The notes under the pieces are model-generated. The model did not search any database. It was not told the origin of the DNA and worked only from the letters and a program-made list of their open reading frames with translations. The translations under genes and the position numbers were made by a program. 64,000 bases of DNA from Alphaproteobacteria bacterium (lineage in GTDB: Bacteria; Pseudomonadota; Alphaproteobacteria; CALKHQ01). Shown piece by piece: positions 39,613 to 49,139 of this stretch; the stretch's first letter is position 1, and each line of letters starts with the position of its first letter. The stretch is from positions 832,001 to 896,000 of the forward strand of contig CBDDFZ010000001.1 in NCBI GenBank assembly GCA_965227515.1, written 5' to 3'.

Positions 39613-41382
39613 TCATCTGAACAGGCTGCTGCGCCCCTCCTCGAACGCGGACAGCTCGTCGTCCCAGCGCGCCGCGTTGGCGTCCAGCGCCCAGTCCGCC
39701 ATCACCACGCCCAGGCTGGGCGCGTCGATCTCGAACGCGATGGCCCGGTTGGCGACGTCCAGGCCGATCACCTCGTTCATCGTCAGCACCACCACCAGGT
39801 CATGGGTCGGCGAGACGACGATGTCGATGATGTCGACCGTCATGTCCATGATGGCGTCCGCATCCAGCGGCATGTCGTTGGACGGCGTCAGGTTGGACGG
39901 GGCCGGCCCCAGCCCGGTCTCCAGATAGGCCGAATAGCGCGGTGTCAGCGCGTAATAGGCGGGCACCGTGGCAAACGTGCGCGCAAACCATTGGCCGAAA
40001 TAGCGGTCGATATGCACCGGCATGTAGCTGAAGTCGGGCTCGCCGAGGCTGTGCAACTCGGCGACCGAGATGTTGACGTCGGATTCGCCGCGCGCATAGG
40101 CGGCATAGAGTTCCTCCACCGCATAGTCGAACGCGGCGGGTTCAAGCACCTGGCGCGCATCGACCTGCAGCAGGTCGGCGGCAAGGCCCTCGCCGATCCA
40201 GCGGCAGTCGCTGCCCCAGTCGGTCGAGGGGTGCGCCCACATCGGATAGGACAGGAAGCTCTCGTACGACCAGCACACGGCGCCGTTCACCACCGCGGTG
40301 ACGTAGCCGTATTCCTCATGCACGAAAAAGTCGTGGTTCTGGGCCAGGGCCTCGAAGTCCTCCGGGATCAGGGACTGGCGGATCGCGGCCGTCGCCTCCG
40401 GCTGCCGCGATACCCATACGGTTGCGACGTCGAAAGAGCAGTCGTCGCCGACGCAGAACTCCTGCGGCCGGTAGTCCACCTGCCCGATATGCCACCAGCC
40501 CTGCTGCTGGGGCGTGATGAGGTGATCGGCGATCAGGCGCCCGTCGCCATAGCCGTTCTCCAGCGTCATGTAGTAGGTGGCGTAGCCGTCGTCCTGCCAG
40601 GTGCCGAGGACCAGGCCCACCGGCCGGCCCTGCGGCGACAGCGTGGCCGCGGCCATGTCGAGGATGCGGGACAGGGCGTCGTCCAGGTTGGCGGCGGGCG
40701 GCACGCCCCCATCATTGCCCAAACCATCATTACCAAGGCCGTCATTGCCTAAGCCATCATCGATCTTGCCGTCGCCGGGGTCGGAACCCGGCACCTGGTT
40801 GTCGACGATGTTGGCGCCGCCGTTCTGACCGGGCGTGTCGATCACATTCGCCCCTGACTGGTTGACCGGGGACCCGTTGCAGAAGTCCTCCATCCGCTCG
40901 ATGGCCTGGCGCGACCCGTTCAGCGTGAAGCTGACGGACAGGTTGCTGCCGTCCGCCGCGAACAACTCCAGGCGCTGACCGCTGGCAAGGATCTCGCGCG
41001 TGTCCAGCCAACGGTCGAAGGAATCGCCGCTCACCGGTGTCATGTAGACGTCGTTCAACCCGTTGTAGACGTCATACCTGCCCAGGAAGGTCGTGCCCAC
41101 ATAGAGGTCGGCGAGCGAGAAAGGCGGCTCGGGCTGGTAGGTCGCGGGACCGCCGAGCACGAAAACGCCGTCGCACTGGATGCCGAACGAATATTGGACG
41201 TCGCCGGAGGCGACGATGGCGGTCGGGGGGTAATAGCACTCGTCGCCGCACTCGCCCTCTTCGGCGGGGAATGCCTGCCAGCTTTGCGGGGATTGGGCGT
41301 GTGCGCCGGTTGTGATCGCGGCGACGGCGAAACCAAAGGCGACGGCGAGCGGGAATCGGGGAAATGCGTGCATGTGTGCCAT
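39613..41382 (-). CDS. Large secreted acidic hypothetical protein (two domains joined by a GLGND-repeat linker)
   Basis: Signal peptide; long ORF with coding-like codon bias; low-complexity N/D/G linker. Confidence 0.7.
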   Translation of the reverse strand: MAHMHAFPRFPLAVAFGFAVAAITTGAHAQSPQSWQAFPAEEGECGDECYYPPTAIVASGDVQYSFGIQCDGVFVLGGPATYQPEPPFSLADLYVGTTFLGRYDVYNGLNDVYMTPVSGDSFDRWLDTREILASGQRLELFAADGSNLSVSFTLNGSRQAIERMEDFCNGSPVNQSGANVIDTPGQNGGANIVDNQVPGSDPGDGKIDDGLGNDGLGNDGLGNDGGVPPAANLDDALSRILDMAAATLSPQGRPVGLVLGTWQDDGYATYYMTLENGYGDGRLIADHLITPQQQGWWHIGQVDYRPQEFCVGDDCSFDVATVWVSRQPEATAAIRQSLIPEDFEALAQNHDFFVHEEYGYVTAVVNGAVCWSYESFLSYPMWAHPSTDWGSDCRWIGEGLAADLLQVDARQVLEPAAFDYAVEELYAAYARGESDVNISVAELHSLGEPDFSYMPVHIDRYFGQWFARTFATVPAYYALTPRYSAYLETGLGPAPSNLTPSNDMPLDADAIMDMTVDIIDIVVSPTHDLVVVLTMNEVIGLDVANRAIAFEIDAPSLGVVMADWALDANAARWDDELSAFEEGRSSLFR

Positions 41383-41640
41383 TCTCCGGCGCGAATGTGG
41401 CGGGCGTGGGATGTGCCGCGGACCGGCCCGTTAAACCATCGCTGCGGTATGCCGGGCAATGGCGCAGACCTGCCGCCAAGCCACGTTTTTGTTGCCCCGG
41501 CGCGCGCGGACGCGATATGCAGCGCCAAGTGCGCCTGATCGACCGCTGCCCAGTGGTTGCCACAAAGGCCTGAGATACCGCTGGCCTGACGGTCGCGACG
41601 CCAGAGCGCCAACCGCAGCGTGTCCACCCCCCGCAGGACC

Positions 41641-42600
41641 ATGATTACTGTCACCGACCTCGTTTACGACTATCCGGGCCTGCGCGCCCTGGACGACGTG
41701 TCGTTCACCATCCAGCCGGGCACCATAACAGCGCTGGTGGGTCCGAACGGCGCCGGCAAGTCGACGCTGATGCGCTGCATGGCGGCGCTCGACCGCCCGA
41801 TGGCGGGCAACGTGGTGATCGACGGCATCGATGCCCACGAGCATCCGCGCGACACCCACGCCCGCATGGGCTATCTGCCGGACTTCTTCGGCCTCTATAA
41901 CGACCTGACCGTGCGCCGCTGCCTGGAATACAAGGCGGCGGCCCAGGGCCTGCCCAGGGACAAGCGGGTCGAAGCGGTGCGCACCGCGGCCGGGCGGATG
42001 AACCTGGAAGACCGCATGAACCAGCGCGCCGGTGCGCTGTCGCGCGGCCTGCGCCAGCGGCTGGCCATCGCCCAGGCGATCATCCACGAGCCGAAGGTGG
42101 TGATGCTGGACGAGCCGGCATCGGGCCTGGACCCGGAAGCGCGCATCTCGCTGTCGGAAGTGCTGCGCGGCCTGTGCGCCGACGGCATGACGTTGATCGT
42201 CTCCTCGCACATCCTGTCGGAGCTGGAAGACTACGCCACCGACATGCTGATCATCCGCAACGGCAAGCTGGTGGACCATCGCGCACTGGACGGCCGCGAC
42301 GCGGCCTCCGGCGCCGCGCCGACCCAGCGCATCAACGTGTCGCTCGCGGCCGCGGATGCGCGGCTGGCCGAAGTGCTGGAGGGGATCGAGGGCGTCAGCA
42401 TCCCGGCGGTCGAGGGGCGCAACGCCACCTTCAGCGCGCCGGCCGACCCGCAGGCGCATGCGGCCATTCTGGCGGCCCTGCTGGCGGCCGACCTGGCGGT
42501 GTGCAGCTTCGGGCCCGACAAGGCGCGGCTGCGCGACGCCTACATGGCCCAGCTCGGCGACGGTGCCGGTGGTGGTGCCGGCGCGGGAGGCGGCGCATGA
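41641..42600 (+). CDS. ABC-2 type transporter ATP-binding protein
   Basis: GPNGAGKS, LSRGLRQR, LDEPASGLDP, SSHIL.ELE. Confidence 0.93.
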   Translation: MITVTDLVYDYPGLRALDDVSFTIQPGTITALVGPNGAGKSTLMRCMAALDRPMAGNVVIDGIDAHEHPRDTHARMGYLPDFFGLYNDLTVRRCLEYKAAAQGLPRDKRVEAVRTAAGRMNLEDRMNQRAGALSRGLRQRLAIAQAIIHEPKVVMLDEPASGLDPEARISLSEVLRGLCADGMTLIVSSHILSELEDYATDMLIIRNGKLVDHRALDGRDAASGAAPTQRINVSLAAADARLAEVLEGIEGVSIPAVEGRNATFSAPADPQAHAAILAALLAADLAVCSFGPDKARLRDAYMAQLGDGAGGGAGAGGGA

Positions 42601-44054
42601 ACCCGGAATTCGTGCGCAACATCTGGCTGGAGCTGACCGGCGCCCGGCTGGTTCTGGTGATCGGCCTGATCGGCATCATCTCGCTGGCGGTGTGGATCAG
42701 CCCGACCACGCCGATCTCCGCCGTCGAGCTGGTCTCGCTCATCCTGTTCTACATCATCACCGTGTTCTGGGGCTGCCGGCGCGCGGCGAACACGGTGGCG
42801 GGCGAGGTCGCGGGGCACACCTGGGAGGGCCAGGTGATGTCCGCCATGGGCGCGTGGTCGATGAGCTGGGGCAAGCTCTTCGGCGGCACGTCGCTGATCT
42901 GGCTTGCAGGCCTGATCTGCCTCGCCAACTCGTTCGCGGCCGAGATCCACACCCTGGACGTCGGCACCGCGCTGGCCAATGTCGGCCTGCGCATGGGGAT
43001 CGCCTTCTTCGGCCAGGCGGTGGCGTTCACCGGCGCCCTGGTGATCCTGCGCAAGACGCCCATCGGCAAGCCGATCGGCGCCACCATGAGCCAGTTGCTG
43101 GGCATCGCGGCCGCCATCGGGATCAGCTGGGCGCTGGCGCCGACCGCGACCCAGTACGACTGGATCTTCGATATCGCCCAGGCGCAGACCACCGGCTTCT
43201 TCGACGTCAGCTGGTACGGGCTGGACGCCGGGTCCAACGTGTTCCGCCTCGCTTCGATGGCCGTGTTCCTGGCCTGGGTGTGGCTGGCCGCCAACCGGAT
43301 GATGCGCGGCGCCCTGCAGTACCAGAGCTGGCCGTGGGCGTGGACCGCGTTCGTCATCTTCATGATGGTCTATATGTGCGGCTTCATCTCCGCGATCGCG
43401 GACTACGAGCGCTACATGGCGGTGGCGTTCACCACCTCGGTGGTCCTGCTGTATCCGGCGGTGCTGAGCGATCTGAAGGACCCGATCACCTATCGTTGGC
43501 TGGGCAACAACCTGAAGCGCCGGCAGTGGGGCATGGCCCTGACGCGCATGCCGTTGTGGATGGTCGGCATGGCGCTGACCGTGATCGTTGCCGTGCTCCT
43601 GGCGCCGATGGTGCCGTTCACCCGCGAGGGGACGACCGCGTTCTGGGAATACATTGCGCTGGCCGCCCTGGACCCCAACGCGGAGTCCACCTCCGGCATC
43701 ACCAGCGCCTACATCCTGGCGGTGCTGCTGTTTGCGGTGCGCGACATCTGCGTGGTCCACATGCTGGCGTTCTCGCAGGCCGGCCGCTTCTCCGACGTGT
43801 TGGCACTGATCGTGCTTCTGGTGCTCTACTCGGTGCTGCCGATCGTGGCGCTGGCGGTCAAGCTGGGCGACTTCACCGCCGCCTTCGTGCCGGTGGATAT
43901 CGGCCGCCCGGCGGTGACGCTGATCCCGATCGCGGTGCAGGCGCTGGTGATGCTGTTCCTGGTCCGCATGGTGGCGCGCAACGCGATGAAGCCGGTGGTG
44001 CGCAAGCCGGCGGAAGCGGCGCCCGCGCCGGCGGCAACCGAAACGGCTGGCTGA
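42597..44054 (+). CDS. Multi-pass membrane protein, probable ABC permease
   Basis: ATGA overlap with ATPase; MNPEF.RN.WLEL start; about 12 hydrophobic segments. Confidence 0.8.
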   Translation: MNPEFVRNIWLELTGARLVLVIGLIGIISLAVWISPTTPISAVELVSLILFYIITVFWGCRRAANTVAGEVAGHTWEGQVMSAMGAWSMSWGKLFGGTSLIWLAGLICLANSFAAEIHTLDVGTALANVGLRMGIAFFGQAVAFTGALVILRKTPIGKPIGATMSQLLGIAAAIGISWALAPTATQYDWIFDIAQAQTTGFFDVSWYGLDAGSNVFRLASMAVFLAWVWLAANRMMRGALQYQSWPWAWTAFVIFMMVYMCGFISAIADYERYMAVAFTTSVVLLYPAVLSDLKDPITYRWLGNNLKRRQWGMALTRMPLWMVGMALTVIVAVLLAPMVPFTREGTTAFWEYIALAALDPNAESTSGITSAYILAVLLFAVRDICVVHMLAFSQAGRFSDVLALIVLLVLYSVLPIVALAVKLGDFTAAFVPVDIGRPAVTLIPIAVQALVMLFLVRMVARNAMKPVVRKPAEAAPAPAATETAG

Positions 44055-44105
44055 GCCGCGCCGGCCGCTTCTGACCTTGTTGGCGTATTTTTGGGGGGTG
44101 GACGC

Positions 44106-45494
44106 ATGACGGATCGACGGTTGCTGGCGCGTGACAGCAGCCCGGTGGATGGCGATGCCGTCGCCGCCTTCGCGGCCGGCCTTGCCGGACATGCCATCGC
44201 ACCGGGGGATGGCGACTACGAGACCGCGCGGCGGATCTGGAACGCCCATGTCGAGAAGCATCCCGGCCTGATCGTGCGCTGCGCGGGCATCGCCGACGTG
44301 GCGGCGGCGGTGAAATTCGCTCGGACCCACGACATCCTGGTGTCCATCCGGGGCGGCGGCCACAACGTCGGCGGCCGGGCGCTGTGCAACGACGGCATGG
44401 TGATCGACCTCTCCGGCATGCGCGCCATCTACGTCGACCCCGAGACCCAGACGGTCCGCGCCCAGGGCGGTGCGACCCTGGGCGACCTGGACCGCGAGAC
44501 CCACGTGTTCGGGCTTGCGGTGCCCACCGGCGTTGTGTCGCGCACCGGCATCGCCGGTCTTACCCTGGGCGGCGGGGTCGGCTGGCTGGTGCGCAAGTAC
44601 GGCTTCACCTGCGACCACCTGCTGTCGTGTCAGCTCGTGACCGCGGACGGCGACGTGCTGACCGCCAGCGCGACGTCGCACCCCGACCTATTCTGGGCGC
44701 TGCGCGGCGGCGGCGGCAATTTCGGCGTCGTCACCTCGTTCGAGTACCAGGCGTTCCCGGTCTCCACCGTGCTCGGCGGCATCATCGCCTTTCCGCGCGA
44801 ACTGGCCCGCGACGCAGTGCGCCACTACCGCGCATTCATGGAGACGGCACCCCTGGAGCTGACCGCGCACACCGCACTGGTCACCCTGCCTGACGGCACC
44901 GAGGCGGTGGCCTACCTGCTGTGCTATTGCGGCGACATGGCCGAGGGCGCGCGCGTGATCGCGCCGCTCCGCGAGATCGGGACGCCGGTGCTGGACACGG
45001 TGGCCGAAACCCCGTTCCCGGTGCTGCAGAAGATGCTGGATGCCGGCAACCCCGACGGCGCCTACTACTACTGGAAGTCGACCTTCATTCGCGACCTCAG
45101 CGACGAGGCCATCGACGCCATCCTGGCCCAGGCGGACCGGCTGCCCTCGGAGCTGTCCGGCATCGTGATCGAGCTCTATGGCGGCGCCACCAATGTCGAC
45201 ACCGCACGGGCCGCGTTCGCCCAGCGCCAGTCGGAGTACGACATCGGCTTCATGGCGCAATGGCGCGACCCGGCGGACACCGACGCCCATGTCGGCTGGG
45301 CGCGGGCGGCGACCGACGCGATGCAACCGTTTGCCAGCGGGGCCTTCCTGCCGAACTTCCTGGGCCAGGAGGGCGACGACACCATCCGCGCCGCGTTCGG
45401 CGATGCCTATCCGCGGCTGCAGCAGATCAAGGCGCGCTACGACCCAACGAACTTCTTCTCGATCAACCTGAACATCAAACCGGCCGCTGGTTAG
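44106..45494 (+). CDS. FAD-binding oxidoreductase (berberine-bridge/VAO family)
   Basis: RGGGH covalent-FAD motif, GLTLGGG.GW, DLFWALRGGGGNFGVVT, K.RYDP.N.F. Confidence 0.92.
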   Translation: MTDRRLLARDSSPVDGDAVAAFAAGLAGHAIAPGDGDYETARRIWNAHVEKHPGLIVRCAGIADVAAAVKFARTHDILVSIRGGGHNVGGRALCNDGMVIDLSGMRAIYVDPETQTVRAQGGATLGDLDRETHVFGLAVPTGVVSRTGIAGLTLGGGVGWLVRKYGFTCDHLLSCQLVTADGDVLTASATSHPDLFWALRGGGGNFGVVTSFEYQAFPVSTVLGGIIAFPRELARDAVRHYRAFMETAPLELTAHTALVTLPDGTEAVAYLLCYCGDMAEGARVIAPLREIGTPVLDTVAETPFPVLQKMLDAGNPDGAYYYWKSTFIRDLSDEAIDAILAQADRLPSELSGIVIELYGGATNVDTARAAFAQRQSEYDIGFMAQWRDPADTDAHVGWARAATDAMQPFASGAFLPNFLGQEGDDTIRAAFGDAYPRLQQIKARYDPTNFFSINLNIKPAAG

Positions 45495-45523
45495 GGCGGG
45501 TACCCGGCCTACCTATTCACACC

Positions 45524-45627
45524 CGTCATGCCCGCACTTGTGGAGCCTGTCCTCGGACTTGATCCGAGGAGGCATCCACGTCTTGTTGGCCGCTTCGGCG
45601 GCCATACTCGTGGATGCTCGGGACAAG
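45524..45627. repeat. Left part of a CGTC-tagged REP element split by IS481 (right part 46908-46925)
   Basis: CGTCATGCCCG..GGCATCCACG..CGTGGATGCTCGGGACAAG | CCCGAGTATGACG; nested hairpin CCTCGGA-CTTGA-TCCGAGG at 45551-45569. Confidence 0.75.
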
Positions 45628-46907
45628 TGTTCGGCCCGGGGAGATAGCTTACAGGCGTTCGGGGACATGGTTGACACTCTTATTGGTGTGGTTGGCTTCC
45701 GATTTTGGAGTCGGCCATGCCTTGGCAAGAGGTGTCGATCGTGGATCAACGGCGTGAGTTTGTGATGCTTGCCTCTCTGGATGGCGCGAACGTGAGCGCG
45801 TTGTGCGCGCGGTTCGGGATCAGCCGCCAGACCGGGCACAAATGGCTGCGTCGGGCGGGCTGTGCGGGGGAAGGGTTGGCGGATCGCTCGCGTCGGCCGC
45901 GCCACAGCCCGCGCCGCACGGAGGCGCGGATCGAGGCGGCCGTGCTGGCGGTGCGCGATGCGCATCCGGCCTGGGGCGCGCGCAAGATCGCCCGTTGCCT
46001 CGAACGCGACGGGATCGCCCCGCCTTCGGCATCGACCGTTCATGCGATCTTACAGCGCCACGAGCGGGTGCCGCCGCGACGCCAGACAAGCCACGCCTAC
46101 ACGCGCTTCGAGCGGCCGGCGCCGAACCAGTTGTGGCAGATGGACTTCAAGGGACGGGTGCAGGTCGACCGCGGCCTGTGGTGCCACCCGCTCACGGTGC
46201 TGGACGATCACTCGCGCTTCTCGTTGTGCCTGCACGCATGCGACAACGAGCGCACGGCCACGGTCAAGCAGCTGCTGGCGCGCACGTTCCGGCTCTACGG
46301 TCTGCCCGATGCGTTCTACCTCGACAACGGCTCGCCCTGGGGCGGTGGGGTGCCGGGGCAGTGGACCCCACTCAGGGTGTGGCTCTTGAAGCTCGGCGTC
46401 GAGGTCATCCACGCTCGTCCATATCACCCGCAAGGACGCGGCAAGAACGAGCGCTTCCACCGCACCCTGGACGCCGAGGTGTTCGCGCTGCGACGCTTGC
46501 GCGATCTCGACCAGGTGCAACAGGCCTTCGATGAATGGCGCCCGGTCTACAACTCCGAGCGGCCGCACCAGGCCTTGGACATGAACGTGCCGGCCAGTCG
46601 CTACCGGCCCTCGACACGACCCATGCCCGACACCCTACCCGAGCCCGAATACGGACCCGACGACATCGTCCGCAAGGTCGGGGCAACCAAGTTCTACGTC
46701 AGCTTCAAGGGAAGGCTATGGCCCGTGCCACGCGCCTTCGCCGGCGAGCGTCTCGCCATCAGGCCGCGCGGCAACGACGGACGCTACAGCATCTTCTTCG
46801 GCGCAACCCAGATCGCTGACATCGACCTTACAATATGAGAAAAAACCAACCATCAATGTGTCAGCTATGTCTCCGAACAACTGTCAACCATGTCACCGGG
46901 CCATACA
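45628..46907 (+). mobile_element. IS481-family insertion sequence (1280 bp) with 5-bp target duplication ACAAG
   Basis: TGT...ACA ends; IRL TGTTCGGCCCGGGGAGATAGCTTACAG vs IRR(rc) TGTATGGCCCGGTGACATGGTTGACAG; second internal repeat at each end; ACAAG at 45623-45627 and 46908-46912. Confidence 0.92.
45717..46838 (+). CDS. IS481-family DDE transposase
   Basis: MPW.E N-terminus, HTH, LWQMDFKG, LDDHSR, DNG.PW, HPQ..GK.ERFH.TL..E; intact frame. Confidence 0.95.
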   Translation: MPWQEVSIVDQRREFVMLASLDGANVSALCARFGISRQTGHKWLRRAGCAGEGLADRSRRPRHSPRRTEARIEAAVLAVRDAHPAWGARKIARCLERDGIAPPSASTVHAILQRHERVPPRRQTSHAYTRFERPAPNQLWQMDFKGRVQVDRGLWCHPLTVLDDHSRFSLCLHACDNERTATVKQLLARTFRLYGLPDAFYLDNGSPWGGGVPGQWTPLRVWLLKLGVEVIHARPYHPQGRGKNERFHRTLDAEVFALRRLRDLDQVQQAFDEWRPVYNSERPHQALDMNVPASRYRPSTRPMPDTLPEPEYGPDDIVRKVGATKFYVSFKGRLWPVPRAFAGERLAIRPRGNDGRYSIFFGATQIADIDLTI

Positions 46908-46946
46908 ACAAGCCCGAGTATGACGACGAAGGTGGAAGCGGACGCC

Positions 46947-47816
46947 TCAGCCCGCCCGCGCGGCCATCCGCTCCGCGATGGCGAGCACGCGGTAGGCGCT
47001 GCGCACCACCGGCAGTTCGACCAGCTTGCCGTCGACCACCACCAGCCCGCTGTCGGCGGCCTCGAACGCCTGGGTGACGCGGCGCGCCTGGGCGATGGCC
47101 TCGTCGCTGGGCGTGAAATGCGGCTCGATGACCGGCAGCTGTTTGGGGTGGATGGCGCCCTTGCCGGTCATGCCAAGCTCGGCCGCCAATCGCGCCTCGC
47201 GGTCCAGCCCCGCCTGGTCCTGCAGGTCGAGCCACGGCACGTCGATCAGGTCGATGCCGGCGCTGGCGGCGGCATGCACCAGCCGGGAGCGGGCATAGAC
47301 CAGCGCTTCCCATGTCGGCGCGACCCTGAGCTCGGCGGCCATATCGACAGCGCCGAACAGCAGGGAGTCGATGCGCGGGCTGGCGGCGGCGATCTCGTGG
47401 CAGGCGGCCAGCCCCTCGTTGGTCTCGATGATGATCTGCAGCCGGATCGGGCTCGCCACCGCGGTCAGCAGGTCGTCGATCAGCCGCACCTCGTCGGGCG
47501 ACTTCACCTTCGGGACCATCAGGCCCGGCGGCGGCTTCGCGCTATCCAGGATCGCGGCCATGTCGGCGAGCCCGTCCGGGCAACGCAGGCTGTTGACCCG
47601 CACCAGCAGCTCGATGGCGCCGTCGTCCTCGTGGGCGGCGAACATGGCGAGGGTGTCGGCGCGCGCCTGGGCCTTGTGCTGGGGCGCGATGGCGTCTTCC
47701 AGGTCGACGCACACGATGTCGGCGCCCGATTTCAGCGCCTTCGGGAACATGGCAAGCCCGCTGCCTGGCACGAACAGGAAGCTGCGGCGCGGGCGAATCC
47801 GGTGGTTTTCTGTCAT
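46947..47816 (-). CDS. CitE/HpcH-family CoA ester lyase (citryl/malyl-CoA lyase-like)
   Basis: RRS.LFVPG, DLEDA, VRVN, IIET, G..D, GK.AIHP.Q, DGKLVE.P. Confidence 0.9.
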   Translation of the reverse strand: MTENHRIRPRRSFLFVPGSGLAMFPKALKSGADIVCVDLEDAIAPQHKAQARADTLAMFAAHEDDGAIELLVRVNSLRCPDGLADMAAILDSAKPPPGLMVPKVKSPDEVRLIDDLLTAVASPIRLQIIIETNEGLAACHEIAAASPRIDSLLFGAVDMAAELRVAPTWEALVYARSRLVHAAASAGIDLIDVPWLDLQDQAGLDREARLAAELGMTGKGAIHPKQLPVIEPHFTPSDEAIAQARRVTQAFEAADSGLVVVDGKLVELPVVRSAYRVLAIAERMAARAG

Positions 47817-47831
47817 GGGGATATGGTGGCT

Positions 47832-49067
47832 TCAGCCGGTGGGCGGCGCAATATGGCGGGCTGTTTCGTCGCGCGGCACGCCAAGCCACAGCACGGCGAT
47901 GGCGCACGCCACGCCGGCGACCATCACCATGGGCATGGCCAGGATCGGCAGGCCAAGCTGCAGGAAGCTGACCGCGACCGCGCCGATGGCCCCGCCGGTC
48001 ATCTGGATGAAGCCCTGGAGGGCGGAGGCGACCCCGGCCCGTTCGGGAAAGCGCGACAGCACCTGGGTCACGGCGGTCGGCATGAAGATGCCGAGGCCGG
48101 CGACATTCACCACCATGGTGCCGACGAACAGGAACTTGTGGACCAGGCCGAACAGCGGGAACGCCAGCATCAGCCCGACGGCCATCGCCATCAGGGCCAG
48201 GCCATAGGCCGCCAGCCGCCGCGGTTCGATCTTGCCGGCCGCGCGGCGGGAGACCATGCCCCCGATGATGAAGCCGGTCACCGCCACCGGCGGATAGAGG
48301 CCGTATTCGGAGGGGCTGACGCCAAGCTCGTCGATCAGCAGCGCCGGGGAGCCGGCGAAGAACGCCGCCATGCACGAGAACACGCAGCCGGCGGTCAGCG
48401 CGTAGGCCATCGCCGCACGGTTGGACAGGACGACGCCGTAGCTGCGCACGATGGCGCGCGTTTCGATCCGTTCCAGCCGCTTGCGCGCGGTCTCCGGCAG
48501 CTTGACGGCGGCGAAGGCCAGCACCGTCGCGCCGACCGCCAGGGTCAGCCAGAACGTCGCCCGCCAGTCCAGGTGCTCTTGCGCGATGCCGCCGATCAGC
48601 GGCGTCACCCCCGGCACCAGGGCGAAGGCGATGGTGATGGCGGCGATGGTGCGGGCAAGCTCGACCCCGTCGAAGCTGTCCCGGGTCGCGGCGCGCGACA
48701 CCACCATCGCGCCGGCGGCACCCATCGCCTGGACCGTGCGGGCCGCCAGCAGGGTGGCGATGTCGGTGGAGAGCGCGCAGCCGAGCGTACCGGCCAGGAA
48801 CAGCGACAGACCGACGAACAGCACCGGCCGGCGGCCATAGCGGTCGGTCAGCGGGCCGTATACGAGCTGCGCGCAGGCATAGGCGAACATATAGATCGCC
48901 AGCGTCTGCTGGGCGACGCCGGCCTCCACACCCAGCGCGCGGGCCACGAACGGCAGCGAGGGCGTATAGATGTTGGAGGCGAACTGGCCGACCGCGGCCA
49001 GCGCCGTCAACAACACCACGCTGCCCAGGCCCGGCGCGAGGCGCCGCGACCGTGTCTCGATCGCCAT
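47832..49067 (-). CDS. Bcr/CflA-family MFS efflux transporter
   Basis: IYTPSLP, GPLTDRYGRRPV, 12 TM segments. Confidence 0.9.
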   Translation of the reverse strand: MAIETRSRRLAPGLGSVVLLTALAAVGQFASNIYTPSLPFVARALGVEAGVAQQTLAIYMFAYACAQLVYGPLTDRYGRRPVLFVGLSLFLAGTLGCALSTDIATLLAARTVQAMGAAGAMVVSRAATRDSFDGVELARTIAAITIAFALVPGVTPLIGGIAQEHLDWRATFWLTLAVGATVLAFAAVKLPETARKRLERIETRAIVRSYGVVLSNRAAMAYALTAGCVFSCMAAFFAGSPALLIDELGVSPSEYGLYPPVAVTGFIIGGMVSRRAAGKIEPRRLAAYGLALMAMAVGLMLAFPLFGLVHKFLFVGTMVVNVAGLGIFMPTAVTQVLSRFPERAGVASALQGFIQMTGGAIGAVAVSFLQLGLPILAMPMVMVAGVACAIAVLWLGVPRDETARHIAPPTG

Positions 49068-49139
49068 GCCGCCTTGTGGTCACCTCCTCGCGTGACCTTC
49101 CCCCAAGGCGGCCAGCACCCGCACCCTATAGGCGTGGCG

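Noticed and set aside
42174-42596. N-terminal extension of the 626-aa permease ORF
   Set aside because: Overlaps the ATPase out of frame; real start is the ATGA-coupled ATG at 42597
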